Positions 13,750-28,519 of a stretch of DNA of 64,000 bases are shown piece after piece. The translations under genes were made by a program, and so were the position numbers. The first letter of the stretch is position 1. Each line of letters begins with the position of its first letter. The stretch is from Octopus vulgaris. Lineage: Eukaryota. The DNA lies in NCBI GenBank assembly GCA_951406725.2, contig OX597823.1:64170001-64234000 (forward strand), given 5' to 3'. The notes beneath the pieces are model-generated. The model saw only the letters and a program-made list of their open reading frames with translations, had not been told where the DNA came from and searched no databases.

Positions 13750-14010
13750 TAACTAATCTGAACATTCTCTGATAACTCATGGATGATGATTCAATGATTT
13801 CCCCTCACAGCTACATGCACATCTGTGATGTTTTTCTCAATTCTGCTGGTTGCATGTCTTCCAGAACGTTCGTCAATATCAACATTTTTTTCGGCCATTT
13901 CGGAAACATCTGAACCACTCTTACACTTGTGTGTGGCTCATACATTCCTCTCCATATACTTACTGCAACTTTTTGTAGGCTTCTGCGCAGATATTTGCCA
14001 TGACAACTTT
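13750..14010 (-). mobile_element. Mariner transposase N-terminal fragment
   Basis: Minus strand YGEECMSHTQV*EWFRCFRNGRKNVDIDERSGR (HTH region). Confidence 0.7.
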
Positions 14011-14099
14011 CTCTGTCATGATCGATGCGATGATCACATGCAACACATGTTCCTTCCAAGCACTGCTGTAAACAGCAGAAATGAGCTAGAACATTAAAA

Positions 14100-15150
14100 A
14101 TTACATGCACACTGACATTACACTTCAAGTGGAGCATGTTGGCTTCATTTCTTTCAAACCTTTGCATGTCCTGTGTAGTTACAGCCCATGTTTCACTGCC
14201 ATGTAGCATAGCTGTTTGTACACAGGCATCATATAATTTGCCTTCCATCTTAGACAGAAGCCCTCTGTTGTCAACAAAGGTAATAGATGTCTGAACTTTG
14301 CTCATCCTGTTCTTATTCTTGCAACTACACTTTCAGAACTTTCTCCACGACTGCTAACTTGGTTATCTATGTAATGGAAGTTATCTACTACTTCCAAGCC
14401 AAGAGCAGCTAGTCTTAAATTCCTCTGTTATGGATAAACAAGAGAGACCCGAGAAGCAATCCTTGGTAAACTCCTATGTCAGTCATTGTGTATGACTCCC
14501 TTGTGGACAACCTGATTAATTATACGTGTGACTAGGCTATATTCCACTCTGCCACATATTTTAAGAATCTCAGCAGTGATTCCTGAAGGGCCAAGCGCTT
14601 TCCCTGCCTTCATATCCCTAATTGCTTTATTTACCCAGCTACAGTTGATTCAGATAGCTGGTCTCTCTGTTGGATCCACATTAGGCAAACTCTCCTTCTC
14701 CCATTCATTCTCCACATTAACAGTCTTTCATAATGGCATTTCCAAGTCCCTTTCTTTGCAGAATCATTAAATACAAGTAAACCATCATCCATGCTAACAC
14801 ATTACTCTCTTGTGACATCACAATTTTCTCTCATGCACTGTTTTGCAAGCCAAAACACTTCAAGTTTCTGGTCCTCTTGTTGCAGAACATGGGCAAACTT
14901 CTTCCTTTCTGCTTCTCTCCTGGCCAAATATACCTGTCTCTTAGCCTGACTTCTGATTATCTGATATAGTTCCCTGCCGCCTCCATTCTTCCAGTACTTC
15001 CATACTTGTTTCTTCACTCTAATGGCCCTGTTTACAACACTGTTCCATCTTAAGTCTGAATGGGATTTTGCACCAGCCACAAATTTGAGGGATGCGGCAC
15101 TCATTAAGTTATCCCATAGGAACTTTCACTTGTCAGTTGCCAGTTGTCCC
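14100..15150 (-). mobile_element. RTE-clade LINE fragments (decayed ORF2)
   Basis: KLYDACVQTAMLHGSETW (RTE C-terminal motif) and upstream WNSVVNRAIRVKKQVWKYWK...AKRQVYLAR helical region. Confidence 0.8.
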
Positions 15151-15661
15151 ATAGGACCTTCTAGTTGTATATATGTATATAACCATGTGTGTGTGCCTGT
15201 GTGTGTATGTATGTGTGTGTGTGTATATTTATGTTTGTCACTTGCCACAGCTTCACAACCAGTATTTGATTGTTTACATTTCTGTAACTTAGCTGATTGG
15301 CTAAAAAGAATAAATACCTGGCTATAAAAAAATGTAAGAAGAACTAAGGCTTAGTTGTTTGACTAAACACCATTTGAGGTGGTGCCCCAGCATGACCGCT
15401 CTCTAACAACTAAAACAAGTAAAAGATAAAAGATACAAGATACACACACACACACACACACATATTATAGATCATATTAAAATTTCACTTTCCCTTTTTG
15501 CATAACACACTTACTAGTGTATAAGCAGCATATATTTGGATTTAGGATATTACATAATAGTGTCTCATAAAGTTGAAATGATCACAGAAAGCAAATTAAT
15601 GGTACTTCAGATCATTCATTAAAATCATTTCAATGAGCACATTAAAAAAATATAAATGTTT

Positions 15662-15698
<37 letters not shown>

Positions 15699-15775
15699 CT
15701 GTTTTTATTCCTCTACTTCACTCTGTATTTCATATCTTCTCTTTAATAACTATTACTTAAACATTTTCTCGCACC

Positions 15776-15823
15776 GTCTCTGATGAAAGGATATATAAAA
15801 TATCCCGGAAACAGCAGTAAGAC
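15776..15823 (+). ncRNA. Minimal type I hammerhead ribozyme motif, slightly degenerate
   Basis: gtct CTGATGA a aggatat-ataaa-atatccc g GAAAC agca GTA agac. Stem I gtct/agac, stem II ggatat/atatcc, stem III one substitution from the palindrome acagctgt. Confidence 0.7.
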
Positions 15824-16799
15824 CTCTTTATAAATGTTCTGAAAACTATTCACAGTCTTGGATTTTTATCTCATTCTGTTATTTTATGTATATATATATA
15901 TATATATATATATAACCCATGCTAGCTTGGAAAATGGATGTTAAACGATGATGATGATGGTGATGATATAGTTAATTAATAATATCAGGGTAGTGAAGAT
16001 TTTAGAAATTTTTGCTACCTGTGGCCTAGTGTATAGAACAATTAGTCAATAGACTATATATTATTCATATAAAATATAGTGTACATTTAAACATATTAAG
16101 AAGTTTCCATCATAGTACTCCCTTATGCTAGAAGGAACAGCTAAAGTCCAAACCACTAGTTAGGGATAAAATCTCAAAGGGAATATAAAATAAAAATATT
16201 TACCATCTATTTCCTGGACCAGGCGAAGTCTTCGTCAACAGGTATGCTAAGATTAAACATATAAGTACGAGGCAAATTCAGCATGTGCCTCTTGCTTATA
16301 CATTATAATTTTTCAAATCCACTGTGCAAGCACAGTTTTTTGTCAGCAGCAAAAGAAATGCCGGCAATTTCTTTGAACAATTTCCCAGAAATCATATATA
16401 AATCGTACTTCTTAGGAATATTAGACCTATGTATAAAAAATCAATTGTAAGATTGTTTATGAGATCATGAAAACATTTTTTACAGAGGACTTGAAATAAT
16501 TTTTTCTACTCTAGGCACAAAGCCTGAAATTTTGGGAGGTGAGAGTCAATTAGATCGACTCCAGTACACAACAGGTACTTAATTTATTGACCCTCAAAGG
16601 ATGAAAGGCAAAGTTGACTTTGTGGAATTTGAGGATTTGAAATATTAATTTTTCTGTGATTACTTCAACTACACACACACACACACACACATGCACACAT
16701 AGAACAAATATATTTTATTCTTTTACTTGTTTCAGTCATTTGACAGTGGCCATGCTGGAGCACTGCTTTAAAGGGTGTTTGTCAAAGAAATAAAAAAAG

Positions 16800-17307
16800 T
16801 CTAAAAAGTCACTGATGGGTTTCAGTTTTTAATAACTTCTTAAACTTTACAAATAAATGCATGAAATTTTGATACAATGCAAAGGATATAATGAAAAGTA
16901 ATATGCACAAGTCAAATTTTGCAACACCACTACATGACATGAAAAACGACGTTGCTTAATTGGCAGCCATTTTCGGCTTTGCATGCCCATGTTCTTTCCA
17001 AAACTTGCACCATAACACCCTCAACAGTTTTAGACCCTACTTCTGTGATTTCTCTATTGATGTTCTCCTTCAGTTGCACCAGAGTCTCTTGTTTGTTGAT
17101 GTAAACCCTCTCTTTCAGGTATCTTCACGAGATAAAATCCAGGCTAGTCAAGTCTGGGGAATGTGAAGGCCAGTTGACATTGCTGTGGCGGGAGATTATT
17201 CTCTTTCCAAAGCACTGCCATAGCAACTGCATTGTTTCTCTTGCAGTATGAACAGTTGCCCCATCTTGCTGGAACCATGTGAGAGGTCTACTTTGAATGG
17301 ACTTCAC
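16800..17307 (-). mobile_element. Tc1/mariner DD41D (rosa-like) transposase 3' fragment
   Basis: WFQQDGATVHT...WPSHSPDLTSLDF, with 41 residues counted between the second and third catalytic Asp. Confidence 0.8.
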
Positions 17308-17426
17308 GTTCCCCAGACTTGACTACAGTATGTGCGTGAATTTATATTAGGGAGGGGATGTGTGTAGAAAAAAGTCTTTTGAGTGTGTGTCCACTGTGTG
17401 AGGACATGTGTGTTTATGGGTGCATT

Positions 17427-17660
17427 GAGAATTTCCCTTAGCTGTGCACCGAATTTAAAAAGAGATTTTAGTAGGTAGGTCTATTCATGAGACAGAGGCA
17501 GGATGCTCATGTAGGGGTAGCATGACATGTCCACTGAATGGCCACTGTAACAAGGAGACCATCATATATGAAGCAGAGGTAACAGTGACAGGACCAAATA
17601 GGCAACCAAACATGTGAAAGTATGCGGGAGCAACTGAAGGCCCCTTCAAAACCCACTTAA
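17427..17660 (+). pseudogene. Penelope-like element fragment: linker, Cys cluster and GIY-YIG endonuclease start
   Basis: LRISLSCAPNLKRDF followed (from 17501) by GCSCRGSMTCPLNGHCNKETIIYEAEVTVTGPNRQPNM*KYAGATEGPFKTH, matching the PLE pattern CxC..CPLxGxC..IIY..YxGxTE..FK. Contains a stop. Confidence 0.8.
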
Positions 17661-19700
17661 AAGATTAAAAAGATATTCTGTAAGTCTCTTCATGTAGTCT
17701 ATCGAGGGATCTTCTCTAGTCTTTCTGTAGAACTGGTATAAGTCTTGGTTCAGCTTGAATGTTCACTGGGATTTTTCTCAATAGTTCTGCAATCTGAAAT
17801 TACCATGTTGTATGTATGTATAATAATCTTCCACATGCTGTGTATTAAACTTAATTTGTGTCTTTGGTTACTGTTATGATCTTTTCAAAAAGTTTGTTTC
17901 TTTGCATTTACTCAAAGAATATAACCATTTCTGTTACCAATCTTGTATTAATGGCCAAAATTATAGCAAATAGTATTCATTATCAAGTCAAATAAATTGT
18001 CCTCTGTGCCAATGTGTCTGCATTTGGTGCGATATTCTTTATGTATGGTTAAATTTTAAGGAAACATCAGTGAAAATAGCGCTCTTCAGGCAATTAGTTT
18101 GCACATGAAGTCTCCCTTTTCACTATTCTACCAGAAATTGAATAAGCCAGTGATTGGCTCACTGGAAACCACTAGAATAAAAAAAGAAGCAAAATGAATT
18201 ATTTACAAGTTAAAAATATTAATAAAAAATATTTTTCAAAAATTGTAATATAAAGAGGAAAAAAAGAATGCGATGATTTGACTGGGGGAGCAATCTAACC
18301 CATCATTCTCTACCTCTGTCAAATGTATAAATGGTGTTGTCTCTATGTTAAAAATTCATATGTTTATCCTTTCATGATTGTGTATTTCTGTTGAAACTTG
18401 CAACCTACGTGTTTCAATTGATTTTGAAAACAATAAGGAATTTAAAAGGATTACCTAAAATATCTAATGCTGTAAGAGTGTTCATTTGTTTGCATTCTTT
18501 ATATTTCTTGTTTTTGGAAGAAACTACTACAATGCAAATTGTGCTATGAATAATAGTGCCGTATATTTCAGGTAAAATACCCCTTGATGATGGCAGGCAA
18601 AAAAACCCAAAAAAACCCAAAAAATACAAAAACAAAAAAAACAAAAGGGAACAGAATTGCCAATGGGAACCAAACCATTTTCCATTGTAACAGCTTATTT
18701 AACGAACAAAATGAAGAAAAACGAAACAAGCTTATTTTCAAATTCCTCAATGCATCTAGAGAAACAAAAAATGAAAAAAATTTAATATTTTGTTTATAAA
18801 ATAGCGTTTGGAACGTAACTTAATAAAAAATAGGCTCTTAAACAAAATTATGATGGAAAGGTTTTAACATAGGCATAAATGGTTTAAACATGGAGTCTTG
18901 AATTATAGAGGGTTGTCTCAGGTGGTTTGGCATTTAAAGGGTTTCACATAGCAGCATTTTATTGTGTATGTTTTAGCATTATGATATTTAAGAAAAATAT
19001 TTTTGTTTTTAATTTTTTTCCCACTAGGCAAATGTTGCATTTAAAATTGATCTTCTGAAGACTCCATCCAAGACAAGTTATACAAATGTGTTTCTGTTAC
19101 CTGAGAAAAGTGGCGTCATTCTACCTATGAGCAATTTCAACATACCTGTGAGTAATACATATATATATATACATATATATTTATATATATATTTTTTATA
19201 CATGCATATACATACGTAAGCATAGTATACATATGTATGTACATATGTATGCATGTATATACACCCGCACACACACACACACAGATACTTATACATATAT
19301 ATGCACACGCATGCACACACACACATAGATACTTATGCATATATATATGCACATGCACACACATGCACACACACACACACACACAGATACTTATACATAT
19401 ATATGCACATGCATGCACACACACACACACACAGATACTTATACATAGATATGCTCATGCACGCATGCACATGCACACACACACACTCATACACACACAC
19501 ACACGCATATTGGAAATGTAAAAGAAACATTCTGGCTTATTGCAGATAGCTTTCTCTGTTGCTTTTTGCTGTTGTTTGTGTTGTTACTGTTGTTTTTATT
19601 TTGTTTTAAATTTGTTGTTGTTGTTCTCTTTGAAACTGATGGTTCTGCCAAGTCAGACATTATTCACATGTAGGACTGCATTTCTTTAGACTACTACTCC

Positions 19701-19760
<60 letters not shown>

Positions 19761-20476
19761 CTTCTTCTTTCTTGTAGTCTTTCTTATTTCTGTCCACTGC
19801 TTTCTTTGATCTATCTACTTCACCACCTCCTGCCCTCCTCCTTCAATCCTGTCCCTCTCCTCCCACTTATCCTCACACCACTTCTCTCCTTTTCCTTCTC
19901 CCTATTGCCCTCTCCTTCCACAACATCATTCTCCTTGTTGTCATCTTTAGCCACTTCTTTTTTTTACCAATCTTTGGATTGCTACTGTTTTAATATTTCT
20001 TCTCACCAAGTCCTTGCCATTACTGTTCTCCTCCTCATCCTCTGCATCCCCGCCCTTCCTTCCTTCCCTTTCCCCTCCTCCTCCTTCTGTCACTTCACTC
20101 TTTCTTTTTTTCCATCCTCTGCCAAACTATTTTTGCCATTCATAGTTTTATAAAGACAAGATGCATTTTTTGTACGTTCCTTTTGTTTTTTTTTTTTGTT
20201 TTACTTTACCTCGAAAGTAATTAATTACCAGAAGCTATTTAGTTCATTGTTGTTAAAACATGAGTTGCTGCTGTTGTTGTTGCTGTGGTTGTTGTTGTTA
20301 AGCAGTTACTTTGAATTATCCTCAACAATTAATCTACCGCACCAAGAAGCACAACGTAGAAGCCTCTATGCTTACATTGTCAGCCATTCTGCTGAAATAG
20401 CACTATTCTACTGCTTTCTTTAAGTCCAGATGAATGCATTGGAAAATAGGATGGTGTCTTGAATATTCTTCACCAT

Positions 20477-20946
<470 letters not shown>

Positions 20947-23900
20947 ATAGGTAGGAGCTGACCTGAAACTAAACAACAACAACAACAGCAATAAGAAAGA
21001 AAAAGTCTTACTGGACCATGTAGTCTTAGATATGTATGTATAGCTAATATAAAAGATGGTGGGGTCAGTACTGGAAGGTCTTTGATGTCAAAGCTGACAG
21101 GGGGGGTTAAATAACAGTAGTAACAATGTCAACCAGAACAATAACATTTGCTACAACAGCAGCAACAATAACTGCTACAGGTTCTAGATAACCATGTACT
21201 ACATCTGATTATAAGAAGGAATGGTCATGACTGGATTGGTTTTGATCAAAGCTGACATGGGACTGAGCAACAATAACAGCTACAGAAAAACAGACACATG
21301 TGAACCAGTAAGAGAGCCTCTATCTGGTTGTTAGACATGATAAAAATAGCTGCCATATCTCCCTCAAATTATACTTGGCTGTCGCATTAAAAAACAAAAA
21401 TTTAATTAGATGAAGTAATCTTTAATTGTCCAAGGTATACGGACTCTGTGTCTGAATAACAGACTGGAAACTGATGTTCTAGTAGATTTAAACATGAATG
21501 TACTATTTATTGTTGTATTTTGCCTTCAGAAAATGATTTCTCGCTTTATATGAGGTGTCTTGACAACACACTATTCAATGGGTGTGGTGAACTCTGAGAC
21601 CTTGCTGTTTTGACATGATTATGTCTCTTCAGTAGGAGCCACCAGTTTGATCTCTTAATCTACTGTATTTGTATAAGATGTGCTCTTTTTTTCATTTTTA
21701 GACATATCAAAAAATTGTCCTGCACTTAATGCTGTCATATGACTGTTGTATGTAGATTGACTTGGGAAGCAGAAAAGCAAGCATCTGCTAGGCATAATAA
21801 TAGTTGCTAGTAATATTGAAAACAAACGAAAATATCACTGTCTGTGTTTCAAACTTATGAAAAATTGCTTACACTCTGACAGCAGCTATGTGGAGAGGTC
21901 ACATTATCTCACTATATCTCCTACTCCAGCATACATAGCCAACCTCTGATATGTGTCTTACTTTATGTAAAGACTGTGTTATCTTTAAGAAACATTTTTC
22001 AATTATATAAATGAAAATTCTTCTTGCAAGATGTGAGGACTACTAAACATTTCTCCATCTATCACCTATTTACAATGAGTGGATGACTATAAAATCATAG
22101 CTGTGGAGCAATGCCCTCACAGTCAATCACAGTAACATGAAACATCAGAGACAAAAGTATAGGTTTTACATTTTGCAGGGTAATTCTTTTGACCAATATA
22201 TAAACAGCTATACATTTGATCTGAAAGAAGGTAATGTTGATATACAGTTCTTGTATAGTCTAGTTTATAAGTTTATGGTTCCATAAGTTTATGGTTCCAT
22301 AAGTTTATGGTTCCAGTATACTGTGAGGGCATTGTATTTACATGTACAAATGCATAAATTTTATTCCCTTCAAAAGCGTTTTAAAATACCTTTCAATAAA
22401 TGCATGATGAAACATACTAATTTGTTTTTCCACTAAATACTCATGTAAAATAAGGGTACATCTTATATGAAAGTGCATATTATACACCAACAAGTATGAC
22501 ATACAAAAATAGTTGTTCACAGCTGGAATGTTTTTGATCATAGCTCTACTTGATTACAGCTTACTTTGAGCCAAACAATGTATATAACACCAAAAAGAGC
22601 ATAGCCAAATCACCCTCAAATCATTCACTATTGTTTTATTATCCTCATTTCACGTTGCTCTAGTTCACTCATCCGTGGAAATGAGTGGTTGCGATGTCAC
22701 TGGTGTCAAACTGTATCAGCCTTTGCCTTGCCTTTGGATAACATCAATGGTGTGGAGAGGGGAGAGGCTGGTATGCATGGGCGACTGCTAGTCTTCCATA
22801 AACAAACTTGCCTGAACCTGTGCCTCAGAGGGGAACTTTGTAGGAGCAATCCCATGGTCATTCATGACTGAAGGGAGTCTATACATTTTTACCTTTACCT
22901 TTTATGAGTATGCATTTTTTTTTTTAATGTTTAACCTTGAGTTAGCCATTATCAAGCAAAGAAATAATCAAAGGTGTTCCAGATGGCAACTTATCCTCAT
23001 CATCATCATCATTATTTTTAAAGGCAGTGAGCTGGCAGAATCATTAGCATGCCGGGTGAAATGCTTAGTGGTATTTCATCTGCCGTTACATTCTGAGTTC
23101 AACTTCTGCAAAGGTTGACTTAGCGTTTCATCCTTCGGCGATTGATAAAATTAATACCAGTTATGCACTAGGGTCAATGTAATCAACTTAATCTCTTCCC
23201 TCAAATATGAGGCCTTGTACTTCCTGCAGAAAGGATTATTATTTTTTTTTTTAATAGCTTAGACAGAGAAAACAGCTACCATTTCGTTAGAAATCATTAT
23301 AATTTATGTTTTAACAAGATTATGTCTGAAATTTTGATTTAGATATGACCCAGTCGTAGGCCAATTGATGTTACAAAAATTTAAGAAAAATACAAACCTC
23401 AACTGGAAAATGTAGTCCGAGATAGTCATAGACACACATGCTCTAGCAACATCTGAATTCAAAATTCAAAAATAGAGAAAAGAAATGGACAATGGTAACG
23501 TTCTCTGTTGATGAAACATCTTTGATCAAATGTCTGCTCAATCACTTCAGCTTTGGTATTAAACATCAATGACAACAACAACAATAGCAACAACGATAAC
23601 ATTATCTTCTTTTTATGTTTTCTTAATTAAAAAAAAACAAAACAAAAAAAGCAAATAAAAGAACAACAAAAAAACTAATTACAACGCTACTGCTTATTGT
23701 CCATTCATAACTGTAAACATTGATCTACTGGCCATCAAAACCCTCCCACCCGTTAAAATTTTAATTACGTAGCCATTATTATTACGAAAGAAATGGTTGT
23801 TTGGAAGGAAAAAAACAATTAATTCCATGCTTTTTTTTTTTTATATTAGAATTTCTATGAGAATTCTTCAGCTGTTTTAAGGGTAAAGTGTGCACTTTGG

Positions 23901-23959
23901 AAGAAAATAACAATTGTTCTTTGCGGTCATTATTTTGCTTTCCTTACCCAACCTACCCA

Positions 23960-24580
23960 TGCACTTACTTCCTAAATCTCTCTTTATCTCTCTCTCTATC
24001 TCTCTCTACCTGTCTCTCTTGCTACCTACCTCTCTCTTTCCCCTTCTCTTTCTTTATCCTCCTCTCTCTTTATCTCCCCCTCTCTTTCTATCCCCTCCTC
24101 TATCCCTATTCTATTCCCTCCTCTCTGCTATCCCTATCCTCTTCTCTTTCTTTATCTTCCTCTTTTACCCTTCTCTCTCCCTTCTCTTTCTTCCTTTATC
24201 CTTCCCCCTTCTCTCTGCCCCTTCTTTCTGCCTCTTCTCTCTCTCTTTATTCTCCTCTCTCTATCTCCCTCTATCTTTACCTCTATTTATCCCCTTCTCA
24301 CTCTCTATTTCTTTCTTTCTTTCTTTCTTTCTTCCTTCCTTTCTTTCTTTCTATCTTTCTTTCTTTCTATCTTTCTTTCTTTCTTTATTTATTTCTTCCT
24401 TCCTTCCTTTCTTTCTTTCTATCTTTCTTCCTTTTTCTCTACCTGCTTTTCTCTCTCTCCCTCTTCCCTTCTCGCTCTATCCTTCTCTTTCTACCTGCCT
24501 CTCTTTCTTTTCCCCCCTTCCCTTCTCTCCCTTTTTGTTCTTACTCTATCCCTCTCTCTTTCTTTCCCTCTCTTCTTCAA
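23960..24580. repeat. Polypyrimidine low-complexity tract followed by TG-rich repeats to about 24870
   Basis: Direct reading. Confidence 0.9.
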
Positions 24581-24797
24581 ATATATAAAGCAGACATAAA
24601 TTTAAATGTGTAGGTAGCTTTATGTTTGCATGTGGAATTGTATTTCTGCATGTTGATATGTGTGTGTGTGTGTGTATGTGTGTGTGTATGTGCATGAGTG
24701 TCGACATGTAGGCTGTTTGCATGTTCTATGTATTTGTACATGAATGTTTGTGTATCTGCATGTATGTGTGCTTGTATTTGTATATGTATGTGTGTAC

Positions 24798-24832
<35 letters not shown>

Positions 24833-25344
24833 TGTTTGTGTGTATGTGTGTGTGTGTGTGTGTGTATGTGCTTGTGCTGTCACAAACTATTCAGACATTT
24901 TATCCAAGAATCATTTCTTGTGTCTCCATCTTGATCCATGTTTTTTTTTTCCCCCTATTTTTACATGAAGATAAAAATTGATAGTCAGAAGTAGAGAGAA
25001 GACTGGACTTCCAGTGGCTTCCACAGGTCAGCGGATTCTTATCTTGTTAGCTACACTACATTACTCACTTTGCCTAACTGCAAGTAGGTACTGCTGTCTT
25101 ATGTGTGTGTGTATGTGCGTATTATATATATACTTTTCTACTCTAGGCACAAGGCCTGAAATTTTGGGGGAGGGGGCCAGTCAATTAGATCGACCCCAGT
25201 ACACAACTGGTACTTAATTTATTGACCCTGAAAGGATGAAAGGCAAAGTCAAACTCGGTGGAATTTGAACTCAAAACGAAAAGACAGATGAAATACCGCT
25301 AAGCATTTTGCCCGGCATGCTAATGATTCTGCCAACCTGCTGCC

Positions 25345-25495
<151 letters not shown>

Positions 25496-25742
25496 AGACA
25501 CGAATGTAGCTGTGTGGTAAGAAGCTTGCTTCTCAACCACATGGTTCCTGGTTCAGTTCCACTGTATGGCACCTTCAGCAAGTATCTTCTACTATATATA
25601 TAGGCACAGATAAGAGTATGCACTAAGAAGTTTGCTTCCAACACATGGTCCCAGGGTCAGTCCTACTGTGTGATATTTTGGACAAGTGTCTTCTACTTTG
25701 TGTATGTATGTATGCATGTATGTATGTATGTATGTATGTGTG

Positions 25743-25776
<34 letters not shown>

Positions 25777-27005
25777 TGTATGTATGTATATAGGTATGTA
25801 TGTATGTATGCATGTATGTATGTATGTATGTATGTATCTATCTATCTATATATATATATGCATGTATTTAAGTAAGTATGTATGTACATATGTATGTTTG
25901 TATGTATGCATTTATCTTGGTGGGAAGTACCATGCTTTTGCTAATTGCTTTAGGTTCCTAACTCATTCTCAACCTTCTGACCCTTGACCCAACAAAGCAT
26001 CCAGGATGTGACAGTGGGAGGGAAGGACAGAAAGCTGCACTTGTAATTGAAAGGGTCTCAGTTGCAGCTGAGTAGGCTGGGGACAATACGAAAAGAAGAG
26101 CCTTAGTGAAAGATACAATGCTACACTAGGTCCATCAAAGAATCCCGTTATAGTGGTTTCAACTATAGGCACAAGGCCAGCAATTTCAGGGTAGTGGGTA
26201 AGTTGATTACATTGATCCTAGTGCTCAACTGGTATCTATTTTATCGACCTTGAAAGGATGAAAGGCAAAGTTGGCCTTAGTGGAATTTGAACTCAGAAAG
26301 TGAAGACAGACGAAATGTCACTAAGAAATTTGCTCGTCATGCTAATGACTCTGCCAGATTACTGCCTCATTGAAACCTGTAATGTTATGATCCTATGGTT
26401 AACACCCTACACTAGGTCACATGCCCTCATGCACTCATGTATTATTAACATTTTACATCCACTTCATGCTGACATGAGTAGGATAGCTTTTCTGAGGAAG
26501 TGCTGTTTAACTGGGAACCCTTCCTGTTACTCTGTTACTGACCCATTTTGTTACCTCTTATGGCACTCACAAAGAAGTCCTGTATCTTTTCCAAAACCAG
26601 AGTACATGAACATGAGTGAATGAGAGATATACTGATAAACAGGCAATGTGGAAGAACAGGAAATAACCACTAAATTCTGAATTATTGAATGCTAGCTTGT
26701 CTTCATTACCTTTGTAACAATTCTCGTTCAGTAATTGCATTTTTGAAGTTAATTTAAATCATAATATTCATATACTGTTGTATATTTAGGACTTAGAAAA
26801 TGTGTTCAAACAACAAATCCCCACAGACGACCATCATAGAGTGAACAACACTGCATATTTTCTAAGTAGTGCTGCTGAATATTCCCTTGGCGTTGTCTTT
26901 CAAGATTTTAACTGTAGCTTGTTTGAAAATGGAGTTAATTATCTTTTTGAATGAAATTATACTGAGTGTTCTAAATTAAATTACAGTGTTTGAAATTATT
27001 TTCAG

Positions 27006-27114
27006 ATTCATTTCACTCCTGATATTGTTAATTCACCAATAATTGAATACTTCATTCTGGTACCGCATGGTCATATATCAGGAAATGTTATCAAATGTGT
27101 TGGCTATTCAGAAG
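27006..27114 (+). CDS. CFAP65: Internal coding exon (109 nt, phase 0 to phase 1) of a probable CFAP65/CCDC108 ortholog
   Basis: Acceptor ttattttcag| and donor GAAG|gtaagc. Open frame IHFTPDIVNSPIIEYFILVPHGHISGNVIKCVGYSE(G) resembles the human CFAP65 segment as I recall it (VFFHPK...VDYCSIMPSGCASKTLLKVVGFCRG). Gene identity rests on remembered similarity, not a search. Confidence 0.75.
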
Positions 27115-27691
27115 GTAAGCCATAATTAAACATGATTTTATGGTTCTTTTATCCTCGTCTGTTGCAATAGTTGTAGTCAACCTGTCTCCATGTATTCAAT
27201 TCCAATCTTCTAAAACATAATTTCTTCATATTTTATTGGGTTGTTGATGGCTATTTTGCAGAGATTTTTATATATATCTTTGCTAATATCTTCTGCATTT
27301 ACCTAGATGAATGAATTTGCTTGTTAGTTTTACACTTGTTATCCTTGCTGTTTTTTTTTTTTTTGTTCCCTACTAGCATAAGTTGGACAAGTACATTTTA
27401 TTGAGCCATTGTTTTCACATCTGAATGCTCTTCCTGTCATTAACCCTCCCTTGTTTTACAAGCAAGAGAATTTTCATTCCATACATCTTTAGAAGTTCAC
27501 AGTTTCTGCTGAGTAATTTGTCAACAGAGAAATGTCAACAAGCTACCCCGTCTGTAGCTTGGTGATTTTCATGTGAAGTGCTGATTGTGAACATTCACAC
27601 AGACTCACAAATGCACTCATACTTTCTCTTTCACTCTCTCTCATACACACACACACACATGCATGCACACATGCTTGCACACACACATGTG

Positions 27692-27747
<56 letters not shown>

Positions 27748-27971
27748 TACACACACACAAATACACACACAGATGACAGGCTCTGTACAGTCTCTGGCTA
27801 ACAAATTCACTCATTAGTTATTGGTTGATCAGAGTTTATAGTTGGAGACACTTGTGCAAAGTACTGTACCACAGGACTGAACCTGTAGCCATCTGGTTTT
27901 GAAGTGAACTTCTCAACAATTCAGCCATTCCTGGACCTATACTTTCCATAATCTGGTTTTAGTTTTAGTAG

Positions 27972-28475
27972 AGTGGAGGTGCAATGGTCTAGTGGTTAGG
28001 GCAGTGAACTCGCAGTTGTAGGATTGCAGTTTCGATTCCCAGACCGGGCATTGTGAGTGTATATCTAGCGAAAACACCTAAAGCTCCATGAGGCTCCGGC
28101 AGGGGGTGGTGGTGAACCCTGCTGTACTCTTTAACCACAACTTTCTCTCACTCTTTCTTCCTGTTTCTGTTGTACCTGTATTTCAAGGAGCCAGCCTTGT
28201 CACACTCTGTGTCATGCTGAATCTCCCTGAGAACAATGTTAAGGGTACACGTGTCTGTGGAGTGCTCAGCCACTTGCACGTTGATAAATGAGCTGCGATG
28301 TCACTGGTGCCAAGCTATATTGGCCTTTGCCTTTCCCTTGGATAACATCGGTGGCATGGAGAGGTGAGGCTGGTATGCATGGGCGACTGCTGGCCTTCCG
28401 TAAACAACCTTGCCCAGACTTGTGCCTTGAAGGGTAACTTTCTAGGTGCAATCCCATGATCATTCATGACTGAAC
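27972..28475 (+). mobile_element. tRNA-derived SINE, family C head; other C copies at 42101-42390 (+) and 40130-40608 (-)
   Basis: gtggaggtgcaatggtctagtggttagggcag (A-box) and gtttcgattccc (B-box), followed by a shared body. Confidence 0.85.
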
Positions 28476-28519
28476 AAGCAAGACTTTATAAAGTTTGTCA
28501 CTGAGACCAATATGTTTAA

